Part shown: piece by piece, positions 38,356 through 49,200 of the stretch
Layout: each line of letters opens with the position of its first letter
Position numbering within the stretch: the stretch's first letter is position 1
From: Dipteris shenzhenensis
Lineage: Eukaryota
Assembly (NCBI GenBank): GCA_047967505.1
Contig: CM106538.1
Reading direction: 5' to 3' (one strand)
DNA length: 64,000 nucleotides
Notes under the pieces: model-generated
Told to the model about the DNA's origin: nothing
What the model saw: only the letters and a program-made list of their open reading frames with translations
Database searches by the model: none
Position numbers and translations under genes: made by a program

Positions 38356-40119
38356 CAAATAAACACAAATCATAGAATTGGCAGGCATATGCCTAGAAAT
38401 CATACTCAAATGAATAACTCCTTCAAAGGGGCATGAGCATATATTGCAAATGGATTACAAAAATGTCCTTTTGAAGGGGTGCCATGAACATGTAATGCTC
38501 AAAGGTATGTGTAAAAAAAGTGCCTCATTGGGATATGGATGAAGCCACAACAAGAAATCCCAAAAAGGATATACAACCTCATACTATATACAACAAAAAG
38601 AGAGATCTACATCAATCTCCTCAATCAACATTTCTCTCAAAGGATGAACCTATCTCATCCTTGTGCTGGCTACATATTTTTAATTGGCTCTAATCTCTTG
38701 CTTGCTCCAAATCCCTTGTCGTCTCCTGAGTGGATCACCTAGGTTGAGTTTTATGCAAATGTGAAAATTTATGAAGTATGCCAACATTATATAATTTAAA
38801 ACAAGCTAGTTATACTATGAAAGAAAGAGTATCCAAAAGCTTATCTCATATGTAATTGCATCTCAATCAAGGTCTACTCCCTTGCTCTCAAGCTTGTCAA
38901 AGAGAAATTTTGTATTATGTGCATAAGCATAATTAAATGACAAGATACATCAAAGAAAATACATCAAATGAAATGCATTAACTAACAAGATAGTAAGTAA
39001 TAAGATACTTGTACATAGGTTGTCAAGCAATTCTTGCCACCTCTCCCAAGATGAGAAGGTTTGATCTTTTGTTATCGAGCATATTCTACTCATATTCTAC
39101 CTTTTGATGTCGATGGCTCTATATCTAAGGGTCTATCCTCAGATATTCCTTTGTGGATATCCTCTTTTGCCTAGTGCCAAGCCTCCAAGAAAATGGTACA
39201 ATATCCCTACAATGAGCAACTAGACAAATGAATGATCAGCTCAACCTTTCTTTTTGTGATTGTGAACATCCAAAAGATGTGATTAATAAAATTCCATTAC
39301 TAGCCTAACACTCCATCATTGTTCTGTGCTCTTTAATCATACTGCTCTTGAAAAGTCCATTACTAGCCTTAATACCACATCATTGCTCTGTGCTCTTTGA
39401 ACATACCGCTTACCTACCTAAAAACACTTCAACATCAATACTGAAGGTGATTTCCCACCCAAATGGATAGTATCAATGCCATAGCATCTAGCTCTCTATA
39501 CCTAATTTCAAATTCATACCATTCTAAAATTTATTGTCCTTATTTCCAATCTAAATTCCTAAGTAGATCTATTTTTTTGTCCAATCTTTCTACCATCACC
39601 TCAACATTGTAAGTGTCAAATGGAACCTTGACCTCAATAAGTCAACCTATCTCTTCACAATGGAACTTAAACATGGTATCCCCTATCACCAATATCCTCT
39701 TTCCTCTCTAGTACTATATCAACCTACTCCAACCATTTTTCTTTGTGGTCTTAAATTCTTTGACATCCCCTAACTACTAATCATGTTTTAAATGATCAAA
39801 AGCAACCCAAGTTTGATTAAAATTCTAGGATGTGGTGTGGGCATGCATGGCCATGGTAGTGATGAGAATATGCTTTCATAGTTACAAAATTGACCAAAGC
39901 TTACTTTGAAATTGAAAAAAATGATGTGAGATTATGTGAGCCATAGTGGCAATAATAAGATAGAGCAAAAGTCTTAAAGTTGGCCCCAATTCAATTCTTA
40001 ATTAAAGATGTGGTACACGGGAGAGTTTGAACCATGATGCTACTAAGCACATGTTTTTAGAGTTTTGAAATTGACTCAAGCTCGATTTTCAACTCAAATA
40101 TGTTGTGTGTAGATGAGAG

Positions 40120-40302
40120 TGTTAAATATGCTCAATGCCCCACCCTCCTAGTAACCACCAGTGGTGCAAGGTGCTCAAGTTGTAAGGCCCCCATTTGAGG
40201 AGAAGCCATGTGTGAGCTCAGGACACTGGATGGATCCTGACTTTTGCATGTTAGATGAGGTCTATTCATGAGACTGTTGATGGTAGAAAGGTGATTGTGT
40301 GG
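40120..40302 (+). repeat. Start of Copia C 5' LTR, interrupted by Gypsy B
   Basis: Matches 26321-26501, then switches to the B LTR at tgattgtgtgg|tgttatgg. Confidence 0.88.
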
Positions 40303-41200
40303 TGTTATGGATAAATTTGACCAAAGTAAAAAAGCATAAATATGTGTGTGTGTTTGTATGTGTGGCAATAGTATAATAAAATATGGTGTGCATAGGGCCC
40401 AGGGTTGAGGTGGCAGGGCATGACCATGTGCCACCCTTCCACGTAAGAGGACCCATAAGGTGTGATGTACATAATCCATGGTAGTAATATTATAAAATGT
40501 AAGGTGGCATGGCTCCTCCATGTGCCACCCCTCCACCTAGGCTACATTTAGTGAGATATGGCCCAAAGTCCATGGGAGAAGTAATATAAAATAGGTGGAG
40601 ATGGATATTATATTGGGTTATTCCCTCCATGTAGGACAGGCCCATGTGGGGGAGGTATAGAAGGTCCAAGAGAGCAAGTTAAATAATGGGGAAAGTAGGA
40701 TGAGGTGGCAAGATTCCTTGTGCCAACCCTCCACTTGTCCTCCTCGAGGTTTGAACATATTATAAAATTGAGGAGAGACCAAGGGAGTATCATAGACTTG
40801 AGATATGGGGCTTGATTTATGTGGAAAAATGAGGCAAAGGGTTGTTGCACACAATTGAGAGTGCATAATCGCCTAGCCCACATGGGAGACTTTTCCACAC
40901 ACACCATGCATGTGGGAGGATGCATTTATTGGGAGAGACCCCCTCTCTTGGCTATAAAAGGAGGGGGCTATTCCTTGATGAGACACGCTCATTCTTGTAA
41001 AGCCACCTAGCTAGTACTTTGATATATCCCCCATCCTTCCTTTCAAATAAAGCATGACCCTCTTCCCTTGATGTCTCCATCTCTACATTCCTCTTCCCAT
41101 CATGTACATGCTTCTCCTCCCCCTCTCCCTTTCCCCTTGTGCCATAGTCTCCCTCTTCATTCCCTCCCCTTCTAATCCCTTTTCCCCTCCCATGATAACG
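40303..41200 (+). repeat. 5' LTR of Gypsy B (3' end approximate)
   Basis: Matches 22488-23264 up to 41083; candidate end ...gataacg at 41200; no clear tRNA PBS. Confidence 0.8.
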
Positions 41201-42431
41201 TTTTGCCCTCACATTCTCCTTTCCTCTTGCTGGGATCAAAATCTCCATGGCTAGTGGTGTAAAATCTGTTACTCCTACAACTAGGTGCGGCTCTGCGGCC
41301 TCTTTCGTGTGCAGTTCTCTACTTTTGCACCTCCAAACTACGTGCCTTCCTTGTCTCTACGGCTGCAAAACCTCCCTACTTCTACGCTTCCAGTCGGCCT
41401 GCTTTTTGCTTGCGGTCCCTACGTGTATTCTGGCTGGCGAATCTTCTGCTCGTACCGATCGCATCTGCAGAACTGCAACATCGGTGCTCCCTCTGAGCTC
41501 CTGCGCGTGCATTCACGTGTCCACTATGTACACCTGCGTGCATCCAAGACCTCCCCCTTCACAAAAGGGAGACTTATCATTGGGCCAACAAGTAGGAAGT
41601 GATGAAAATGTAATGATTTTTGCTTATATATTGAAATCTCGGGAACTGTAACTCTCTAACCGTGGGGAGTTTTCTCTTGCTGTAAAAAGCAAAAGTATTT
41701 CATTTCATGTGCTCTATTCACATCTCCTACTAGATCACCGATTCGGAACTTTTCCAAGTTCACTTCACGGATGCACGCCACACGAGGAGGGTGGATATTT
41801 ATGTCACTTCTCGATGAGTTTAAGGATTTGGTGCCTGGTCCTCCACTCATTACGGCTACCAATTGGTGAGATCTCTTTCTTGATCTTCATGTCCACCTTC
41901 AACAGCTGATTGTCCAATGCATTGTTCAACGAGACGACGGGTGGGATGATACACCGTGGATGATTCAAGGTGAAGAACTAGTGATACGTTGGGAGAACTT
42001 TGATTTTAATTCTACTCATTGTGCGATGATCGAGCTACTTGCTGCTTCGGAGGTAACTAAAAGGGTTTCCTTCTTCGAAGGGTGGGATGCTCCCCAAGCT
42101 TGGGAGGAGATTTGGTGCATCTGCTTATTAATTCCTGTGGATAAGCGCATCTTGAATGGTTTATTCTCAATCTCACTACAAAGGTTTCTAGGGCTTGGCT
42201 ATGGTTGGTAATGTTTCAACCAAGGAATCCCTTTGTACGTAATCAACCCTTTGTGCCTCATTTTGAGCTTCAAGTTGTAATTCTTTTTGGTCTAAAGATA
42301 AACTATCAACAAAGGATTGCAAGTTTATTTGGTACTGAATGTTTGGCTCAAGTATTGAATTCTCCCCACCCTCTCCTACCTATCTTGGACTACCGAGAAA
42401 CTTGGGATGTCCGGATTTTATTCTTGGTGTG

Positions 42432-42896
42432 ATGACATCTTGGATCCTTCAATTTGATGGAGCTTACAAACCTTCGACCAAGGCTGATGGCATGGGTGTG
42501 AAGCTCACTTCATCAGGTGGTGAGGAGTATTGTTATAGCAAGTTTGAACCTGCAAGTACTTGCAACCAAGCTGAGTACTCAGCGCTCATTTTTGGGCTAC
42601 AAAAGGCACAAGAACATCATGTCAAGTAAATTGAGGTGCAAGGAGATTCTCAACTAGTGTGTGAACAAGTTAGTGGAAGGTGGAACGTGCGGAGCAAAGG
42701 CTTGGTTCCACGACATCAACAAGCATTGGAACTTTGCAACCAATTTGAAGAGGTAAAAATTCAACATATCCCTCGAGCTCAAAATATAGTTGCTGATTTC
42801 TTGGCACGTGAAGCTTGTACTTTAATCACGCATGACGCGAGTGGAAGCACCACCCCAACAAAGCTGCAAGCCATGAAGGAGGGTGATCATTTGTAA
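42432..42896 (+). pseudogene. Archaeal-type RNase HI (aRH / RVT_3-like) ORF in the leader of B, one in-frame stop
   Basis: WILQFDGA...TCNQAEYSALIFGL...VQGDSQLV...IQHIPRAQNIVADFLA; stop at 42627-42629. Confidence 0.92.
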
Positions 42897-43400
42897 GGAA
42901 TGCAAATGTTGTGGTCATCATGAAACTAAGTATTGGGCATACTTGATACGAGTTTACCGACTTCGAAAGATCATCAGAAAGGTCCTCAAGGACATTGCTC
43001 AAAAGAAGGATGCCAGACCACACACCCCTTAGAGAAATAGCATGGCAACTACAAGAACTAGAAGGAGCTGAAGGTGTTGTGCAAGCTCTCCAACTATTGA
43101 CATTTTTCATGGCATTCTTGTTTGCATTGATGAACAACCTCATGCAGCGCCGCGTCTCTAACCCTCGCTTGTAAAGATGGCTATGATATCATGAGGGTTG
43201 GTCCTTTTAAGATTGTCTATGAGGTATTCTATGCTGAAAATTCTTCCTGGGTAGTATTTCACAATACACTAGTCACACCTACCCTGCCTATGTGTGCTTT
43301 GTGGATGTATCTTCACCTAATTTTCAGTTCAAGCTACCTCTTTCCATTGTTTGCCCATAGATAAGCCTCATTTCATCTCTCTCTTTTCCATTTTCCAAGC

Positions 43401-43688
43401 ATGGCTGACATTCCCATGTTTTGTGGATGGGTTGAAGAAAATCCAAATGAGTATCTTGTGGCCTTCAAGCACCGCTGTGTTTCTCTCAACTTTCTTACTG
43501 AAGACAGATGGCTGTTGGTTCTTCCCACATTTCTAGAGGGTTTGGCTCAAGTGTGGTATGAGAAGCAGGCTGAAGACGTTCGCTAAAGCTGGCCAAGGTT
43601 GATAGCAGCAATGATTGAGTATTTCGGCAAAGAAGAGGAGCCGGAGAATGTGTACCTGCAGGTGGCAACTTGAAGCAGTCAGAAGGTG
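43401..43688 (+). pseudogene. N-half of Gypsy B gag
   Basis: IPMFCG..EENPNEYL..F...LPTFLEGLAQVWY...SWPRL...LKQSEG (one stop, one frameshift); continues at 18100. Confidence 0.85.
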
Positions 43689-44208
43689 TAGGAGTTGCAT
43701 GTAGGAAAGGCATGTAGAAGTTGCATGTAGGAGTTGCATGTAGAACTCGCATGTAGGAGTTGCATGTAGGAGTCGCATGTAGAACTCGCATGTAGGAGTT
43801 GCATGTAGAACTCGCATGTAGGAGTTGCATGTAGAACTCACATGTAGGACTCACGTGTAGGAGTTGCATGTAGAACTCGCATGTAGGACTCGCATGTACG
43901 AGTTGCATGTAGAACTCGCATGTAGGACTCACATGTAGGAGTTGCATAGAGAACTCGCATGTAGGACTTGCATGTAGGAGTTGCCTATAGAACTCGCATG
44001 TAGGACTCGCATGTAGGAGTTGCATGTAGAACTCGCATGTAGGACTAGCATGTAGGAGTTGCATGTAGAACTCGCATGTAGGACTCACATGTAGGAGTGG
44101 CATGTAGGACTCACATGTAGGACTTGCATATAAGAGTTGCATGTAGAAATCACATGTAGAACTCGCATGTAGGAGTTGCATGTAGAACTCGCATGTAGAA
44201 CTTGCATG
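43687..44208. repeat. 13-bp minisatellite (GCATGTAG+GAGTT/AACTC/GACTC), about 40 units, part of A's LTR
   Basis: Read directly; same unit at ~7995-8167 and 18072-18100. Confidence 0.95.
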
Positions 44209-44321
44209 TTGGATTTCTAAGAGGGATTATTTCTAGCCTTATGCAAGTACAAGCGGAGCTTTGTTGCTACTCTACACACACATTTTGTTCTACCTAAGTC
44301 CATGTTGGCACAGAGACAACA
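44209..44321 (-). repeat. Terminal part of A's split 5' LTR
   Basis: Matches ~8168-8283, ends gagacaaca, followed by TSD tttac. Confidence 0.9.
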
Positions 44322-46278
44322 TTTACTGAGGCCTCGCACCTCTAGAATATCTTTCATAGAGATATGAAAGCTCTGTAGCTTCCCTTTTGATTTGTTGACA
44401 TCTGCCACATCCTCGACCAACCAGAATGATGTGATGGCTTCATACCAAGTGTTGTGGTTGGGGTGGAGCCTTGCGCGGCTGGTCCTATTCTTTTGGTGGT
44501 TGCTGTGCCACTTCTTCCTCTGGCTCCTCTTCATAGGACCCTTCAATTTCTAACAAGAGCATGGGTTTGAGAATATTATACTAGTGCTTTGTTCCCATGT
44601 CTTGTTGTTCTTGTCCATCGACAGGCTGCTTTTGCATGGTCTCGGCTTCATGCTATGAAGTGGATGGCTGTGAGGTGGTGGCCATGCGTGGGTGAGTGCC
44701 TATTATGATGGAGCTTGCGCCTATGCCTAGTGATGTGTCTGGGTGTGAGGGCGGTGGTGGTGGTGGTGGCGGTGGTGCAGAGGAAAAAAGATCCTAGACT
44801 AAGTCCATATCATGGTCATGGACTTCCATGGGGTAAGCTACATATGAGTCATCAAACTGGCTAATGCCAGTCTGGAGCATATCTTGTAATGCTTGCATGA
44901 TATTATTATACATAACACTAATTCTAGGTGGTGGGTATCTTTTGCTTGCTACCCGAAATAAGTAGTCGAAGATGTACTCAGCTTCATTGTGACTACACGC
45001 CTACATCCACTCCAGACTGCACTGGATTATGTTGGGATGGCAAGATTTGGTGGTCTTCTAGAGCTTCAAGGTTTTACTAGTTCTAATAGTGGCATTGCCA
45101 TGAGATAGTTGGCCGAGTCTTTAAGCACTTTGCACCATGCCATAAAATTGTAGATGATGGGGTGGTAGCAAAGGGTGAGGATATCTATATCGGCATCCAA
45201 TTTCAATCACCTAGAGTACTGAGGCTTCCACCACCAAGCATTCTAGATGCTCCTTTTGGAGTGTGGTTGTTGTCTTCTTGAGCTAGCAGAAGGTTTGGAG
45301 TGTCTCTTGGTGTTGTAGTCTAAAGGCCTCCTTACGTCACAACAAGACATTTTGTGATGCGACCATGAGAGCATCGATCGACTATAGGAAGGCCAGCTCC
45401 TTTATATCAAGATTTTGATAATGTTGTATCAAATCCCTAAACCCCTCAGTGGAGTTGTATGAAGTCAATGTACAGTACTCCATTGCCTGTTGGTACAAAC
45501 ACTTGGGATGAAGGGGGCCTAGAGAGGCGTTTTCTATTCCCTGTTGCTAAGTAGATGGCAAGGGGTTAGGCTCTTAAGCATCCTGGATCAAAATTGGTGA
45601 TCTTCTCATTAGGACCTATCGGTTGCTTGAGCCAGTGTTCTCGCTCATAGCTTGCTGTGCTTCTTCCGCCTTCTTTTGCTTGTTCTCTACCTAGAGTTTT
45701 TCTTGCTCCTCTTGTTGCCTTAGGAGGTCTCGCTCCCATTTCTCTGTTTCCTCCCTTTGTTTTTGGGCCTCTTCTTCCGCTTTGAGCTTTCTGGCTACTT
45801 CCTCCTCTTGGAGCTTCTTGGCTACTTTTGCTTCTTGGGCCATTTTGATTGCCTCTTCTTCCCTTCTTTTCTTTGTTGGCATCGATCAGGTGGATGGCGT
45901 TGCTAATAATCTGACGTCTATATCCGTATTTCCTTAGCCTTCTGGGATGGGGTTAGCAGAAAGGTGATGGATGATGGGCATCAAGAACATTGCATTATCG
46001 ATCTTCTCGCCATGTTGACAGATGCTAATGATCTCCTTGTAAAAGAAGTCTACTTAGTTAGTGGTCTTCGGCTTGTATAATCACAGTAGGAGGTTTGGGA
46101 GGATGACAAAATGGTGCTCTGTCAATTGGATTTGTGCTAGTAGTGTAATGACCGAGCTGCTTTTGCCAGTTGTGGATCTTTCACTCTATTGAGTGGCACC
46201 CCTCCTCAATGGATTTTTCTATTGTAGGGTACCACTTCGGCCAACCTCTTCTCCATGGTTCTTATTGGACATTACAAG

Positions 46279-49200
46279 TGACAAAATATGAGGGGAGAGG
46301 AGAAGAGTGGAGATGAGGAGAGAGGGCACATCTAGAGAGCACGTGTACAGTTGAAAAAATAGAAAATATACACACCCATTTAGGGTTAGGGTTAGATTGC
46401 TTTCTTCACTGTAGCCAACCATGATGCATTTGCATGACTTTGCATCCAATTTCCTATGATGATCATCATGTATGTGGGCATATGCTATGCAACCAAATAT
46501 GCGGAGATGCCCAATGCATGGCTTGTGTCAAGTGAATGCTTCATAAGGGGTCATACCCTGTATGAGTTCGGTAGGAAGCCAATTAAGCAAGTAGTTTGCT
46601 ATAGTTATTGCTTCTGCCCAATACTGATTCGGAGGATGCTTTTCACTAAGCATTGCTCTAGCACTATCTGCTAAAGTCCCATTCTTTGTTTTAGTTCTTG
46701 CATTCTGCTGAGGAGTATCTGCACATGTGAATTGTCTTCGAATGCCGTGATTTCTGCAAAAGTTCATGAATGCTGAAGACATGTATTCACCTCCTCTATC
46801 TGATCTCATGAGCTTGATTTTTCTGTCTATCTAGTTTTCTACCATGGCTTTGAATTCTTGAAATCTGAAAAACACTTCAGATTTCTCTTTCAGAAAGTAG
46901 ACCCAACAATATCTACTATAGTCATCGATGAAAGTCAAGTAGTAAAGTGAACCATTGATGCTGCAGGTCTAGGCATAACCCCATACATCTGTATGAATTA
47001 AATCAAGAATACCTCGTGCACGAGAGGTACTTCTGCCAAAGTTGGTTCGCTTTTGTTTGCCGAAGTAGCATGCTTTGCAAACTTTTCCAAGAAACTGTAG
47101 CTTTGGAATCCCAATTGCCATATTCTGATTCTTGAGATCTAACAAGTACTTGAAGTTGACATGACCATGTCTCTTGTGCCATTTTGTAGATAGTGGCATC
47201 TGTTGCGGTTGAGCTGACATGGCATGCTTATTTGGTACTATAGCTAGCATTCTATATAAGCATCCTTCCTTGACACGTTTTGCTACTAGCTGACATCTTT
47301 TGGATTTATCTCTAATATTGCATTCATAACCGTCGAAGATGACTCTGTAATTGTGTTCCGTCATTTGTCCTACTTATGACAAAAGGTTCTTGTTGAGCTT
47401 CAGAACATAGAGCACATCTTTCACCAATCCTTTTGTACCAGTGAAATTGTTCATAGGGATAACACCTATCCCTTGAACCGGATTCGGTGTATTGTCTGCT
47501 GTGTAGATGACATTTTTCTGACCTTCTAATGGCTTCATTTCTGTGAACCATTCCTGATAATTTGTCGTGTGAGATGATGCACCACTATTGATATACCAAG
47601 GATCCTATTCCACTTGGTCAACTTGATAGCTGAAGTCCTCTTTGGGATTGAAATCAGTGTCTGGGTACACTGTATCAGTCTGATGCATTTCCTCACTTGC
47701 AAGAAACATATTTCCATGTTCATTTGCAAAATGACTGTGACTAGAATGTCCACCATGATGATTTCCTCTACCTCGAAAATTCCCTCGATTACTACTGGAT
47801 TGACCGCCTTGGTCGTACTACTTCTTGCGGCAATCTCTTTCATAGTGTCCAAACTTGTGACAGTAATTACAGTGGATGTTTGCCACGTTGGTGGATGCAT
47901 TCCCTCATCCTTGAAATCTTCCTCGATTGGAATGATTTCCTCTATGCTGATTTTGATGCTGCTGAGGATGATGCTAATGCTGATGTTGATGCTGACTTTG
48001 ATTTTGTTGCTGATGATGACCACTTCTCTGATATGATCTACCTCTACCTCTGCCTCTACTTCTGTCTGAAGCTATGAATGCCTGATCATTAGAATGACCT
48101 TTACGTGCTTGAATTGCCTGAGTTCTGAGTTCTTCACCAAGTAGAACTGACTGAAGTTCTTCCAATGTTGGAATTTGCCATTGAATGGTAATACTCTGGA
48201 CTAGATTCTCATATCCCTCTCCTAGTCCATTCAAGATGACTTGAACCATTTCTACGGGGTTCATAGTCTCCCCTACTGCTGCTGCAAGTTGATTATTGTA
48301 GTCTTTTATGCGGAGTACATAAGCATAATCGGTTTCGGTGCTGTTGTGGAAACTCTGGTTGATCCAGTTTCCTAGTGTGAGAATTCTGGATGTGTTCTTG
48401 GACTCGTAGAGAGCTGCGAACATATCCCATGCTTCTTTCGATGTCTTGACTATGTTGAGCTATCCTAGCATGACATCTTGCACATTCTGCTTGATCAGAT
48501 GATAGGCGTACTTGTCTTTCTTATCCCATTCTGCCTGAGCTCGCGTGATGGCAGGATCTGCTACAGGTGCGGAAACTATTTGTGTAGCTATAGATCCCGT
48601 TGCTGGTGATGTGACAATAGATGGAGTAGAGCTATTTGTGGCTGGATCGTCCAATGGTCTAGGTGTAGACCCTTCGACATACTCCCATTTGTCCTAAAGT
48701 ACAAGAATGGTCTCCATTCGGTATTTCCATGTACCATAATTGGAGTTGTCTAACTTAGCAGATGCCTCCAGATTGAGGTTGCTAGTCATACACATGGTGC
48801 AAGGAATGTACTTAAAAGTATCGTGAAAATCTCTGTATGAATCAACTGCAAATACACTAATTGTGCCAAGTGAAATCTCTGAACCATCGGTGAAGATAGA
48901 ACTGTAATATATAAAATCTAATATGTCTTACAAGACTTGTGGCAATGATGCCGGGAATAGCCAAGAGGCTTTACAAGGCTGAAATGATGTGCATGATGCT
49001 GTGAGATAACCGAATAGGCTTTACAATGGTGGCATGTGTGTGTGAAATCAAGTGCTATCTGCCCACTTAAACAATCTGCAATGCCTCTATACTCTCTGAG
49101 GTCTAGTCATTAAACTGATGAATGTAAGGTTTCAGGTAATGTAATGATGTGAAACCGTATGTGAGCATATGGACTGGACTCCGAGTAGGTACTAGTCAGG

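Larger units (their letters stand above)
7129..44321 (-). mobile_element. LTR retrotransposon A (Athila-like PBS), hosting nested insertions
   Basis: Left LTR 7129-8283; right LTR split into 17186-18100 and 43687-44321; perfect 5-bp TSD TTTAC at 7124-7128 and 44322-44326; PBS-like 17167-17183. Confidence 0.88.

Noticed and set aside
39600-39750. Minus-strand KRILVIGDTM resembling an SGNH/GDSL block I
   Set aside because: Isolated short motif among stops, lacking the catalytic Ser
42432-42896. Host or bacterial rnhA gene / contamination
   Set aside because: Intronless, carries an in-frame stop and is embedded between a retrotransposon LTR and gag
43495-44208. CRISPR-like array or 228-aa repeat protein
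   Set aside because: No unique spacers or cas genes; it is a 13-bp LTR minisatellite and the ORFs are by-products
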